Positions 20,845-30,674 of a DNA stretch of 64,000 nt are shown in pieces. Made by a program: the position numbers and the translations under genes. The stretch's first letter is position 1. Each line of letters starts with the position of its first letter. This DNA comes from an uncultured Chloroflexia bacterium. Lineage in GTDB: Bacteria; Chloroflexota; Chloroflexia; QHBQ01; JADMIH01. The stretch is taken from the NCBI GenBank assembly GCA_963797095.1, contig CAWCNY010000002.1:448001-512000 (forward strand), given 5' to 3'. Below the pieces are notes generated by a model that saw nothing but the letters and a program-made list of their open reading frames with translations, ran no database searches and was not told where the DNA came from.

Positions 20845-21693
20845 ATGATGCCCCACCACATCTACTTCGGCGATAATCTGCCCATCATGCAATCGCTGCC
20901 CGATACCCTGGCCGACCTCATTTACATTGACCCTCCATTCAATACCGGCAAATCGCGGGCGCGCACGCAGCTTACCACCGTGCGCTCTGACAATGGCGAC
21001 CGCACAGGATTCGCGGGTCGCAGGTACGCCACCACCGAAGTAGCCACCCGCGCCTATACCGACGCGTTTGACGACTACCTCGCTTTCCTGGAGCCTCGCC
21101 TTCGCGAAGCCTACCGCCTTCTTGCCCCCCACGGCACGCTTTATTTCCATATCGACTACCGCGAGGTGCATTACTGCAAGGTGCTGCTGGATACGATCTT
21201 CGGGCGTTCGTCTTTCCTGAACGAGGTAATCTGGGCCTACGACTACGGGGCGCGCACCCGCCGCAAGTGGCCTCCCAAGCACGATAACATCCTGGTGTAT
21301 GTCAAAGACCCCGGCAGCTACACCTTCAATGCCGATGCGCTTGACCGCATCCCCTATATGGCCCCCGGCCTGGTCGGTCCAGAGAAAGCAGCCAGGGGGA
21401 AGACCCCTACTGACACCTGGTTCAATACCATAGTGCCCACCAACAGCCGCGAAAAGACGGGATACCCCACACAGAAGCCCCTCGCCATCCTCCGCCGAAT
21501 GATTACGGCATCGTCCAATCAAGGCGATTTAGTGCTCGATTTCTTCGCCGGCAGCGGCACCACGGGCGCGGCCTGCCTTGAGCTTAACAGGCGCTTCATC
21601 CTCGTAGACGACAATCCCCAGGCCCTGGAAGTCATGTCGCACCGCTTCGCGAACGTGGACGGCATCGAGTGGATAGGTTACAATCCACTCTGA
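20845..21693 (+). CDS. Orphan site-specific DNA methyltransferase (N6-A/N4-C, beta-type motif order)
   Basis: DLIYIDPPF precedes YPTQKP and LDFFAGSGTT. Confidence 0.92.
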   Translation: MMPHHIYFGDNLPIMQSLPDTLADLIYIDPPFNTGKSRARTQLTTVRSDNGDRTGFAGRRYATTEVATRAYTDAFDDYLAFLEPRLREAYRLLAPHGTLYFHIDYREVHYCKVLLDTIFGRSSFLNEVIWAYDYGARTRRKWPPKHDNILVYVKDPGSYTFNADALDRIPYMAPGLVGPEKAARGKTPTDTWFNTIVPTNSREKTGYPTQKPLAILRRMITASSNQGDLVLDFFAGSGTTGAACLELNRRFILVDDNPQALEVMSHRFANVDGIEWIGYNPL

Positions 21694-21699
21694 TATAAA

Positions 21700-21782
21700 A
21701 GGGGTGCAGGAAGACCCCTGCCGGGGCTGGGTGGTGTCCTCCACTCTCCAACTTCTTCTTTCATTGGCGGGCCTCCCCGCCT
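21700..21782. repeat. REP-like GC-rich multi-hairpin intergenic element
   Basis: ggggtgcagg..cccctgccgggg..gtgtcc and ggcggg..cccgcc stems. Confidence 0.4.
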
Positions 21783-21809
21783 AAAGTTACTCTGCGGTGA
21801 TATTTCTTT

Positions 21810-22262
21810 ATGCGTACCCTTGCCCTTGACATAGGCAAACGCCGCATCGGTGTGGCGGTCAGCGACCCTCTCGGCCTGGTGGCGCGCCCGGTCGAGACTT
21901 TGCAAAGCGTTTCCCTCAATAAAGATGTAGCCTATATCACCGACCTTGCCAAAAGCCTGGCCGCCGAGACTATCGTGGTGGGCGACCCTATCCACATGAG
22001 CGGCGACCCCAGCCCCATGTCGGGCCGCGCCCGCAAGTTCGGCGAGCTGCTGGCGCAGGTGTCCGGGCTTCCCGTTGTCTACTGCGATGAGCGGCTGACC
22101 ACAGTTGAGGCCCAGAGAATACTTCAGGACTCAGGAGTGCAGCCGCGCAAGATGCGCCAGCAGATCGATGCTGTGGCCGCCGCCGTGATACTGCAAAGCT
22201 ACCTCAATACCCTCAAGCCCCCACGGGCCGAATCCGATCCATTGGAGGATAGATACTGGTGA
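21810..22262 (+). CDS. ruvX: YqgF/RuvX family nuclease
   Basis: LALDIGKRRIGVAVSD, DERLTT, IDAVAAAVILQSYL. Confidence 0.96.
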   Translation: MRTLALDIGKRRIGVAVSDPLGLVARPVETLQSVSLNKDVAYITDLAKSLAAETIVVGDPIHMSGDPSPMSGRARKFGELLAQVSGLPVVYCDERLTTVEAQRILQDSGVQPRKMRQQIDAVAAAVILQSYLNTLKPPRAESDPLEDRYW

Positions 22263-23326
22263 AATACCCCATTTTCGACGGACATAACGACCTGCTCTTT
22301 ATGGTGCACTACCCGAGCGTAACGGGTGGCCGCGATTTCTTCAAGCGCAATGCTACGGGCCATATAGATTTGCCACGGGCGCAGGCAGGCGGCCTGGCGG
22401 GCGGTTTCTTCGCCGTTTATGTGCCTGCCGAGCCGCCATACCGCAAGCCCTATGGCAAATCCGATACCGTCCATACCGCAACCGGGTATGAGACCCCTAT
22501 GGCCCGCGAAATCGGGCACGAATATGCGCGCCGCGAGGCCCAGGCGCTAATCTCCACCCTCTATGAACTTGAGAGTGAGGCCAAGGGTAAAGTAAAAGTG
22601 GTGCGCACCACCGCCGAAATAGAGCAGTGCATAGAGGATGGCACGCTGGCCGTTATCCTCCATTTCGAGGGTGCCGAGCCTATCGACCCCCAGCTTGAAC
22701 TGCTACCTTCCTACTACGATAAAGGATTGCGCTCGCTTGGTATTGTCTGGAGCAGGCCCAACGCCTTCGGCCACGGCGTACCCTTCCGTTTCCCCCACAG
22801 TCCCGATACAGGCCACGGCCTGACAGCCGCCGGAGAAGAGTTGGTGCGGGCCTGCAACCGTCTCGGCATACTGATCGATATGGCCCATCTCAATGAGAAA
22901 GGTTTCTGGGACGTGGCTCGCCTTTCGACCGCCCCGCTGGTCGTTACGCACACCGCCGCCCACGCCATCAGCCCCTCCACACGCAACATCACCGGCAGGC
23001 AACTGGACGCCATCAAGGAGAGCGACGGCATGGTTGGCCTCAACTTCAACGTGCGCGATGTACGCGCCGATGGTAAGGAGAACGTTGATACTCCCCTGTC
23101 GGACTACGTGCGCCAGGTTGACTATCTTGTTGAGCGCATCGGAATAGACCGCGTGGGCTTTGGCTCGGACTTTGATGGCGCGCTCATTTCCAGCCATATC
23201 GGCGATGCTGCCGGCCTCCCTGGCCTGGTGTCGGCCCTGCAGGAGCACGGTTACGATGACGAAGCTCTCGGCAAACTGACGCACCAGAACTGGTTGCGCG
23301 TGCTTCGCAAGACCTGGGGCGAGTGA
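22259..23326 (+). CDS. Membrane dipeptidase (peptidase M19)
   Basis: DGHND, HFEGAE, IDMAH, GSDFDG, NWLRVL. Confidence 0.93.
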   Translation: MKYPIFDGHNDLLFMVHYPSVTGGRDFFKRNATGHIDLPRAQAGGLAGGFFAVYVPAEPPYRKPYGKSDTVHTATGYETPMAREIGHEYARREAQALISTLYELESEAKGKVKVVRTTAEIEQCIEDGTLAVILHFEGAEPIDPQLELLPSYYDKGLRSLGIVWSRPNAFGHGVPFRFPHSPDTGHGLTAAGEELVRACNRLGILIDMAHLNEKGFWDVARLSTAPLVVTHTAAHAISPSTRNITGRQLDAIKESDGMVGLNFNVRDVRADGKENVDTPLSDYVRQVDYLVERIGIDRVGFGSDFDGALISSHIGDAAGLPGLVSALQEHGYDDEALGKLTHQNWLRVLRKTWGE

Positions 23327-23422
23327 ACATCCTCCCTGTGCTTCTTGTGTTATTTGTAGGTTCCCTTTGCGCACAACTGAACAGGAATTCAGCAACTCAG
23401 CACCCAGGAAGATTGAGTACTT

Positions 23423-24400
23423 ATGGCGTTTGCCACATACAACGACCTGAACGCCGAGGCTATGCGCCTGTACGGCGATCAGGAATACGGCGCGGTTTAC
23501 GACCTGCTCACCCGTGAGGGCGAGCGCTTCCCCGATCAAGCATTCACGGTGCTCTATTTGCGGTCGTGCATGGCTGCTCGCCTGGGCCAGAACAATCAAG
23601 CTATCGATTTGCTTCGCGATGCGCATAATAGGGGCATCTGGTACGGCGAGCAGATGATGCGCGCCACCCCATCCTGGCAGCATCTCCAGGGCATGCCCGC
23701 GTTCGAGGAGATGGTGGCCCTATTCAAGGCGGATGAGAAAGATGCCTATGTTGGCCCGCTCATGCTTGTGGCCGAACCCGGTGGAGGTTGCACAGGAGAG
23801 AGGCCATGCCCGGCCCTCATAACGCTCCACGGCAACGGGCAGAACGCGCGCCTCTCATTGGAGGGGTGGAGCGAGGTCGCTGGCCTGGGGTGGTTGCAGG
23901 CTTCGATCCAATCGTCGCTGGTGATGGCACCCGATTCCTTCATTTGGGACGATCAGGAGGTTGTTCTGGGTGAGATAGCTGATCACTACGCCGAACTTAC
24001 AGGCAAGTACGACATAGACATAGATCGGGTGGTGCTGGCGGGTTTCTCGATGGGTGGGGAAACCGCCGTGCGTGCTGCACTCCTGGGCACGATCCCGGTT
24101 GCAGGTTTCATACTGCTGGGACCGGGCGGCCCCACAATCGATGAGCCTGATCTCTGGCTGTGGTTATTACAGGAAGCACGCTCTGCGGGACGCTCTTTGC
24201 GCGGGTACGTCTTCCTGGGTGAGAATGACGATGCGGTTCTGCCTGATGCTATCAGGAAGCTGGTCGTTCTGCTGAATGAGAACGGCATCCCGTGCGAACT
24301 GGAGGATGTGCCGCGCATCCGCCACGAATATCCCCAGGACTTCGCGCCCCGCATCGCCAGGGCGTTAGCCTTCATCCTGCAACCGCCTGAGCAGGCTTAA
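23423..24400 (+). CDS. Alpha/beta hydrolase with a TPR-like N-terminus
   Basis: LHGNG, nucleophile elbow GFSMGG, GENDD, C-terminal H. Confidence 0.8.
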   Translation: MAFATYNDLNAEAMRLYGDQEYGAVYDLLTREGERFPDQAFTVLYLRSCMAARLGQNNQAIDLLRDAHNRGIWYGEQMMRATPSWQHLQGMPAFEEMVALFKADEKDAYVGPLMLVAEPGGGCTGERPCPALITLHGNGQNARLSLEGWSEVAGLGWLQASIQSSLVMAPDSFIWDDQEVVLGEIADHYAELTGKYDIDIDRVVLAGFSMGGETAVRAALLGTIPVAGFILLGPGGPTIDEPDLWLWLLQEARSAGRSLRGYVFLGENDDAVLPDAIRKLVVLLNENGIPCELEDVPRIRHEYPQDFAPRIARALAFILQPPEQA

Positions 24401-24438
24401 TATAGAAAATGGGCGGCGAAGCCCCCATTTTCTATATT
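24399..24438. terminator. Bidirectional intrinsic terminator
   Basis: aatatagaaaatggg...cccattttctatatt 15-bp stem between convergent genes. Confidence 0.8.
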
Positions 24439-24449
24439 CTCATTGATTC

Positions 24450-26231
24450 TCAGGGCAAAGGGATGGTTCTGCCGCTTGCTGCGGGTTGCACTTCCACGTG
24501 GAGAGACACCTCTGTCGTGTTGGGTTGGATATGCGCCGCCGCCAGGTCGCTTTCGTCCCTTTCTTCGGCTCGCCGGAAGTAGGTTAGTGGCGCTGTCGAA
24601 GGCCCTGATGTGCTCTCGCCAAGCGCAGAGTTTTCGGGCACGTATATCTCGGCTTCCTGGGTTGAAACTTCCACTCGCGCTTTCTCCCGCCGTGTGGAGT
24701 AGACGACCGCCAGCACTATTGATACGATCAGCCCCAGGTAGATAGCGCGGTCGCCATCGAACAGGCCGCCAAGCGTGTCGAGCAGATTTTGCTGGCGCAC
24801 AGGAGCAACTACCGGCTCTCTCACCGGCACAGGCTGGTCGCCCGCGCTGTCTATCTTCTCCCCTGTCTGGTTGGCGACCTCGCCTGCCACCAGGCCCACG
24901 ATCAGGCTGTCGAGGTTCTGCACCGTGAAGTTGTCTACGTGCTTATCGGTGTAGACACCGGGCGCGCCCGATACGCCATTGGCGTAGGTCAGGAAGACGA
25001 ACTGCCCCTGCGTGACCTGGGCGAACTGGCGGAACACATACTCGCCATCCGTGTCGAGGCTGCTTGCGCCCACCGGGAATATCTTGATCCCTCTGGCAAC
25101 CGCTTCATTCAGCAGCGTGGGATAGCTTGGGTCGTTGGCGTAGTCGAGATGCGGGGGCGCATCGCCCACCAGCACGATCAAGCGGAGCCTTCGCCCTGTG
25201 CTGTTGTCGGCCCATCCCTGGAGGTGGATCGCCTCATCCAGGCCCGCGTCCACCGATTCCGGTGTATCGCCGCCACCTGCTGCCTCTACGTTCGCCAGGT
25301 TTGCCGAGAACTGCGAGATGTCGGAGGTGAAGTCCCACTGGCGCGTGACATAGTCGTCACCCCTGTCGCGGAAGGCCACCAAACCGAAGCGCGGTGCGCT
25401 GCTGCCGGGCAACTGCTCGATCCTGCCTGCGATACTGCCAACAGTCTCCTTGATCTTATCTATCTCATCGCCCATACTGCCCGTTGCATCGAGAAGAAAG
25501 ACCATATCGATGCCTACTGGGCCGGTGTTATCCGTCATGCCCGCCAGTGTCACTACCCGCTCCGGCCCGCCTATTTTCACCGTTGCCTCTACGGTGGACT
25601 GGCCCCGGCTGATCACGGCGCGTAGCTCCTGGGCCTGTGTTATGCCAGCCGCTTTCGGAAGGAAGAGAGCGCGCCCGTCGCTTACCGTCTGCCCATCGAA
25701 TACCTGCCTATCGCCGTCGAATAGCTGTACACGCGCCCCCGCTACGGGCGATTGTGCGCTATCGAGCACCCTGATGAAGAGCCTCTGCGATACGTCAATT
25801 GGGATCATGCCGCCGTAGTAGCCCTGGAGATAATTCAGGTACTCCTGGTATTTGGCGTTGTCGTCAACCTGCCCGGCGGTGAGCGGCGATTGGTATTGCG
25901 GCTGGTAAATGGTGCCGCCTCGGACGGTTTCGCTGCTGCCTGTTGTCAATGCAGGTGTATCGGCGCCACCCGTACTTTCATCTGGCGCTTTTATAGTTCC
26001 GGCACTATAGTCGAACTCAGGCGCTTCCATGCCTGTGGTAGACGTGGGCGCTGCCATTGGCGATCCACCTGTGTCAACCGGCACGAATTCAAGGTCCGGC
26101 TCGATAGGGGAAAGCCCAACGCCCGGCACGCTGTTACTAACCCATAGGGGCTTGAAGAATCCGAATCCAGCCCCCGCTACCAATACAACCAGTAGGCCAA
26201 AGCTCGCCCATTTGAACAGACGGCGTCTCAT
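24450..26231 (-). CDS. Membrane-anchored vWA domain protein with a carboxypeptidase-regulatory-like domain
   Basis: N-terminal TM/signal; MIDAS DATGSM; GGGDTPE; GDAPPH; C-terminal TM. Confidence 0.85.
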   Translation of the reverse strand: MRRRLFKWASFGLLVVLVAGAGFGFFKPLWVSNSVPGVGLSPIEPDLEFVPVDTGGSPMAAPTSTTGMEAPEFDYSAGTIKAPDESTGGADTPALTTGSSETVRGGTIYQPQYQSPLTAGQVDDNAKYQEYLNYLQGYYGGMIPIDVSQRLFIRVLDSAQSPVAGARVQLFDGDRQVFDGQTVSDGRALFLPKAAGITQAQELRAVISRGQSTVEATVKIGGPERVVTLAGMTDNTGPVGIDMVFLLDATGSMGDEIDKIKETVGSIAGRIEQLPGSSAPRFGLVAFRDRGDDYVTRQWDFTSDISQFSANLANVEAAGGGDTPESVDAGLDEAIHLQGWADNSTGRRLRLIVLVGDAPPHLDYANDPSYPTLLNEAVARGIKIFPVGASSLDTDGEYVFRQFAQVTQGQFVFLTYANGVSGAPGVYTDKHVDNFTVQNLDSLIVGLVAGEVANQTGEKIDSAGDQPVPVREPVVAPVRQQNLLDTLGGLFDGDRAIYLGLIVSIVLAVVYSTRREKARVEVSTQEAEIYVPENSALGESTSGPSTAPLTYFRRAEERDESDLAAAHIQPNTTEVSLHVEVQPAASGRTIPLP

Positions 26232-26340
26232 CTTGTACCTCCTAATAACAGGCATAGGACCAACCCGACACTAGGAGAACGCCGTCTTCGCTAAAATTGT
26301 TCCACTCTTTGATGCAAGAATGGTGGGCAAATTATCTTGT

Positions 26341-26431
26341 GGTAGTCGGTAGTCGGTAGTCGGTAGTCGGTAGTCGGAGGACGAGTGACGAGTGACGAGC
26401 GATGGAATACGCAATACGCAATACGCAATAC
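26341..26431. repeat. Three abutting heptamer arrays (GGTAGTC)5, (GACGAGT)3, (AATACGC)3
   Basis: Read directly from the sequence. Confidence 0.9.
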
Positions 26432-26433
26432 CC

Positions 26434-26832
26434 CTACTCTGCTGGTGCCCGGCAGATGAACTCTACCTCGTTGCCGTCCGGGTCGTCTATGTACATGGTC
26501 CTGCTGGCTAGCACCGGGTGTTTGCCGGGGCGTGGCGCGTATCCTGCCTCTACCAGTGCGGCGTGTTGCGCGTCGAATTCATCTTCGGGTAGCTCCAACG
26601 CCATGTGGTGCAATTGGTAACCGGAAGGCTGTTGCTTGACCTCCTCGCTCTTGGGTACAAGCACAATCATCACGGGGATGCCCGCGTTCCCCTCGCCCAC
26701 TTTGAGAAACGCATTAGGTAGATGGGGAGGCGATATCACCTCCATCCCCAGCAGGTCTCTGTAGAAAGCCAGCGCCTTCTCTTTGTCAGCCGTCCACAGC
26801 ACGATCTCAGATATCCCCACAACCCGCTTCAT
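26434..26832 (-). CDS. VOC (glyoxalase-like) family protein
   Basis: FYRDLLG, HHMAL, YIDDPDGNEVE. Confidence 0.9.
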   Translation of the reverse strand: MKRVVGISEIVLWTADKEKALAFYRDLLGMEVISPPHLPNAFLKVGEGNAGIPVMIVLVPKSEEVKQQPSGYQLHHMALELPEDEFDAQHAALVEAGYAPRPGKHPVLASRTMYIDDPDGNEVEFICRAPAE

Positions 26833-26924
26833 TTCGATTACCTCCTATTGAATAGACTTATGGAGATTATACCACCGCAATCCTCCCTAATACTCGTCAC
26901 TCGCCACTCGCCACTCGCCCTCCA

Positions 26925-26933
26925 TGCTATAAT
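26925..26933 (+). promoter_or_regulatory. Extended -10 promoter, probably giving a leaderless transcript
   Basis: TGCTATAAT ends 5 nt before the ATG at 26939; no SD sequence. Confidence 0.65.
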
Positions 26934-26938
26934 CTCCC

Positions 26939-27919
26939 ATGGACATCCTGGTCACAGGCGGTACGGGTTTCCTTGGCCGCCATCTTGTGCGGGCGCTCCT
27001 TAACGACGGCCATATAGTGCGCCTTACGGGGCGCAACATGGACGATGAGGGTGTGCAAGCGCTCCTTCGAGATGGTGCAGTGCCGGTGCGTACCGACCTG
27101 CGCGACCGTGTCGCCACTAGCGAGTCGTGCAAAGGCGCTGAAGTAGTGTTCCATGTGGGGGCGCTTTCGGCTCCGTGGGGCAAACGCTCGGAGTTCTTCG
27201 CTACCAATGTGGGCGGCACGCGCTCTATCGTCGAGGGATGCCTGAAGCATGGGGCAAAGCGTCTCATTTACGTGTCATCCCCAAGCGTCCTGTTCGATGG
27301 GCACGATCACATCAACCTGCCCAACGATGCTCCCTATCCGAAGAGTTTCACCTCGGTTTACTCCCTCACGAAGAAACTGGGAGAGGATGCAGTGAACGCG
27401 GCAAGTGGAAGGGTTGAGACCGTCATACTGCGGCCCAAGGCTATGTTCGGGCCAGGCGATGTGGCCCTTCTCCCGCGCCTGATCACGGCTGCACGTCGAG
27501 GTCGCCTGCCCCAGATAGGCGACGGGCGCAACCGGGTTGACCTCACCTACGTGGACAACGTGGTGCACGCACTACGCCTCTCGATGCACTCTTCAAAGGC
27601 TGTAGGGAAGACCTACACAATCACCAACGACGAACACCCGGCCCTCTGGCAGGTGATCCGCCACACCCTCAAGCGGCTGGGCCTCCCGACGAAACTGCGG
27701 AGTATTCCTATACCCGTGGCGCTTGCCATGGCGGGTGCTATGGAGGCGCTTGCCGCTGTGACAGGTCGAGAGCCGACGTTGACCCGCTACTCGGCAGCCA
27801 TCCTTGCACGCACCCAGACCTACGACATATCAGCCGCCAAACGCGACCTGGGCTACACGCCTGTTGTTCCGTTCGCGGAAGGAATGGAACGCACACTTGA
27901 TGATCTGGACCTGGCTTGA
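26939..27919 (+). CDS. NAD-dependent epimerase/dehydratase, 3-beta-HSD-like extended SDR
   Basis: TGGTGFLG, YVSSPSV, YSLTK, LRP...FGPGD, YVDN. Confidence 0.92.
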   Translation: MDILVTGGTGFLGRHLVRALLNDGHIVRLTGRNMDDEGVQALLRDGAVPVRTDLRDRVATSESCKGAEVVFHVGALSAPWGKRSEFFATNVGGTRSIVEGCLKHGAKRLIYVSSPSVLFDGHDHINLPNDAPYPKSFTSVYSLTKKLGEDAVNAASGRVETVILRPKAMFGPGDVALLPRLITAARRGRLPQIGDGRNRVDLTYVDNVVHALRLSMHSSKAVGKTYTITNDEHPALWQVIRHTLKRLGLPTKLRSIPIPVALAMAGAMEALAAVTGREPTLTRYSAAILARTQTYDISAAKRDLGYTPVVPFAEGMERTLDDLDLA

Positions 27920-27927
27920 GAGGGGCG

Positions 27928-28323
27928 TTACATCTCCCCATTTTGTACGGCGATGCACTCGATAGAGATCAAAAGACCACGCGGTAATTGAACAATCGGG
28001 ACGGATCTCGCGGGTGGGTTCTCGGGGAAGAACTCAGCATAGAGCTGGTTGAGGGTCGCAAAGGCTGTGGCATCGGCGCAAAATATGGTGGTTTTTACGA
28101 CATGTGCTAGACTACTACCTGCGGCCTGAAGTACTGTCGAAAGATTCGCGAAGGCTTGCCGGGCTTGTTGCTCGAAACCGTCGCCTGCGAGGCTGCCTGT
28201 TGCTGGATCCAGTCCGGGCTGACCTGAGACGAAAAGGAAGTCCCCGGCTTTCACCACCTGAGAATAGGGGCCAAGTGCTTGAGGCATAGCCGGGCTGGTC
28301 ACTGATTGGTGCTCAAGAGGCAT
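27928..28323 (-). CDS. RidA/YjgF family enamine deaminase
   Basis: GPYSQ, FVSGQ, VVKTTIF, PPARS, LP....IE. Confidence 0.92.
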   Translation of the reverse strand: MPLEHQSVTSPAMPQALGPYSQVVKAGDFLFVSGQPGLDPATGSLAGDGFEQQARQAFANLSTVLQAAGSSLAHVVKTTIFCADATAFATLNQLYAEFFPENPPARSVPIVQLPRGLLISIECIAVQNGEM

Positions 28324-28464
28324 CTCTCATTCTCCTTCGTCGGCAATCTACTCTACCAGTCGTCCCACTTCAGGGACAAATGGAACCAGTAAGTTCTTGC
28401 TATGGGGTCATTATCGACAACTGCCTCCGTAAATACAATTGGGCTGACTACCCTGTCGGAAAAG

Positions 28465-29295
28465 ATGCAAGCCAAGGTGAAACTTCATATTCTTGACACA
28501 GGCTACACAGTAGCAATCGAGCGCATCCTAATACGGGGTGGGGGCTTTCGCAAGGTGGTTTGCCACTCCCTTGTGGGCCTTCTGCTTCACCCTGAGCGTG
28601 GCCCGATCCTGTTCGATACCGGGTATGCCCCCCGCATCATGGCAGCCACCCGGCGCTCCCCATACAGGCTCTATCGCTGGATCACGCCCCTCCATGTGAA
28701 GCCTGAAGAGGCGGTCGTATCGCAACTTTCTCGCTTCGGCCTCACTCCTGACGATATTCGTTACGTCATACTCTCCCACTTCCATGCCGATCACATCGCG
28801 GGCCTGCGCGATTTCCCACAGGCCCGGATCGTCGCAAGCCGCTCCGCTTATGAGGATGTCGTTCCCAGGCGTGGGTGGCGCGCTCTCCAAAAGGCGTTCC
28901 TGCCAACGCTGATGCCCCCCGACTTCGCCCCCCGTGCTCTATTGCTGCCCGAGTTCACTGGTGATGCACTTCCCGGCCTGGGGCCTACCCATGCCCTGTT
29001 CGATGATGGCTTCCTCCTATTGGTGGCTTTGCCGGGTCATGCGCACGGACAGATAGGCTTGTTGGCTGTAACGGACAAGGGCCGTGTTCTCCTTGCCGCC
29101 GATGGCTGCTGGATGCTCCGGCAGGTGCGCGATCAAGCCCCTCCCCACGCCATCACCGCCATCCTGGCCGACGATATGCGGGCGGTACGCTCGACCATCG
29201 AGAACCTGCACACTTTCACCCAGGCGTGCCCCGATGTACGCGTTGTGCCCTGCCACTGCCCGGAGGCCTTCGCCCGCGAGGTGGAACAGGCGTGA
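28465..29295 (+). CDS. MBL-fold metallo-hydrolase (start uncertain, 28402 possible)
   Basis: LFDTGY, SHFHADHIAG, LPGHA.GQ, AAD, terminal CH. Confidence 0.92.
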   Translation: MQAKVKLHILDTGYTVAIERILIRGGGFRKVVCHSLVGLLLHPERGPILFDTGYAPRIMAATRRSPYRLYRWITPLHVKPEEAVVSQLSRFGLTPDDIRYVILSHFHADHIAGLRDFPQARIVASRSAYEDVVPRRGWRALQKAFLPTLMPPDFAPRALLLPEFTGDALPGLGPTHALFDDGFLLLVALPGHAHGQIGLLAVTDKGRVLLAADGCWMLRQVRDQAPPHAITAILADDMRAVRSTIENLHTFTQACPDVRVVPCHCPEAFAREVEQA

Positions 29296-30674
29296 ACCGC
29301 CTGCAAACCCTCATTCTGACCATCTTCCACTTCGTGGCGGCTCGCTGGCGGTGGCGCACTTTGCGTGGCAAGCGCCTTCGCCAGTATCAGGAGCGCCGTG
29401 CCCGGCGCATCGTCCGCTACGCCCAGGCCCGATCGCCCTTTTACAGGCGTCACTGGGCAGGGCACGATCTTGGCCACTGGCGTTCGCTGCCCGCGGTAGA
29501 CAAACGGCTGATGATGGACAACTTTGACGACTTCAACACAGCCGGGCTGAAGCGCGATGATGCAATGGCGGTAGCTTTGCACGCCGAGCGAAGCCGCGAT
29601 TTCGCCCCCACCTTGCGCGGTTACACGGTCGGGTTATCGTCCGGCACGTCGGGCCACCGGGGCATCTTCCTGGCGAGCGCATGGGAGCAGGCCACGTGGG
29701 CGGGCTGCATCTTGTCGCGCACGCTGCACACCCTGCGCCCCCGCAAGCTGCGCGTGGCCTTCTTTCTGCGCTCCAACAGCAACCTATACGAGAAGGTGGG
29801 CGGGATCCTTATTCGCTTCCGCTTCTTCGACCTGATGCTTCCGGTTGAGCAAGCTGTCGAGCAACTCAACGAATTCAAGCCTCACATCGTGGTAGGCCCG
29901 CCCTCCCTGCTCAGTTTCCTGGCCGGTGCACAGGAGCGCGGCACCCTCTCAATAGAGCCTGAACGCCTGGTATCCGTGGCCGAGGTGCTCGAACCCCAGG
30001 ACGCCGAGCGTTTGACCTGCGTCTTCGACGCACCAGTGCACCAAATCTACCAGTGCACTGAGGGTTTACTCGCGATCTCTTGCCGCGAAGGCTCCCTCCA
30101 TATACAGGAAGACCTTGTAGTTATGCAACTGCAACCTTTGGACGACGAATCTCAGCAATCGGAGGTCAGCGGTCAGAAGTCGATGGGAGCCACACCAACC
30201 CATCGTCCGGTTTCGCCCATCGTCACCGACCTGTGGCGCACCACGCAGCCTATCATTCGGTATCGCCTGAACGATGTGTTGCGTGTGTCCGATACGCGCT
30301 GTGCATGTGGCTCACCGTTCCGCGTGATCGAGGCCATCGAAGGGCGTTGCGATGATATCCTCTATTTCCACTCGCAAGGGGGCGGAGAGCGTCCATTCTT
30401 CCCAGACACCATCCGCCGAATGGTTCTGCTGGCAGGTTCGGGCATCGAAGACTATTATGCCGTCCAGGAGCGCCCAGGCCATCTGCGCATCCGCCTGACC
30501 GTTGCCCCCGGTGCGTCTTTTACCCATATCGCGGACGAAGTTGCCGCTAATGCGCAGGAGACCATAGCCTATTATAGCTGCTTCCCCGCCGACCTCCAGG
30601 TAGAGCAGGGCTTGCCCACCCTCCCTGCGAGCGTGAAGCGCCGCCGTGTAGTCTGCATGAGCTTGCAGCAATGA
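29292..30674 (+). CDS. F390 synthetase-like / PaaK-like adenylate-forming enzyme
   Basis: GLSSGTSGHRG, FFLRSNSNLY, IYQCTEG, IIRYRLND, IEGR.DD; GTGA overlap with the upstream gene. Confidence 0.9.
   Translation: MNRLQTLILTIFHFVAARWRWRTLRGKRLRQYQERRARRIVRYAQARSPFYRRHWAGHDLGHWRSLPAVDKRLMMDNFDDFNTAGLKRDDAMAVALHAERSRDFAPTLRGYTVGLSSGTSGHRGIFLASAWEQATWAGCILSRTLHTLRPRKLRVAFFLRSNSNLYEKVGGILIRFRFFDLMLPVEQAVEQLNEFKPHIVVGPPSLLSFLAGAQERGTLSIEPERLVSVAEVLEPQDAERLTCVFDAPVHQIYQCTEGLLAISCREGSLHIQEDLVVMQLQPLDDESQQSEVSGQKSMGATPTHRPVSPIVTDLWRTTQPIIRYRLNDVLRVSDTRCACGSPFRVIEAIEGRCDDILYFHSQGGGERPFFPDTIRRMVLLAGSGIEDYYAVQERPGHLRIRLTVAPGASFTHIADEVAANAQETIAYYSCFPADLQVEQGLPTLPASVKRRRVVCMSLQQ

Noticed and set aside
18726-21693. 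Prophage (baseplate-like gene plus methyltransferase)
   Set aside because: No integrase, terminase, capsid or tail genes; the flanks are housekeeping genes.
26341-26431. Possible CRISPR array in the repeat-rich intergenic regions
   Set aside because: The units are 7-bp tandem repeats without unique 30-40 bp spacers, and no cas genes are present.
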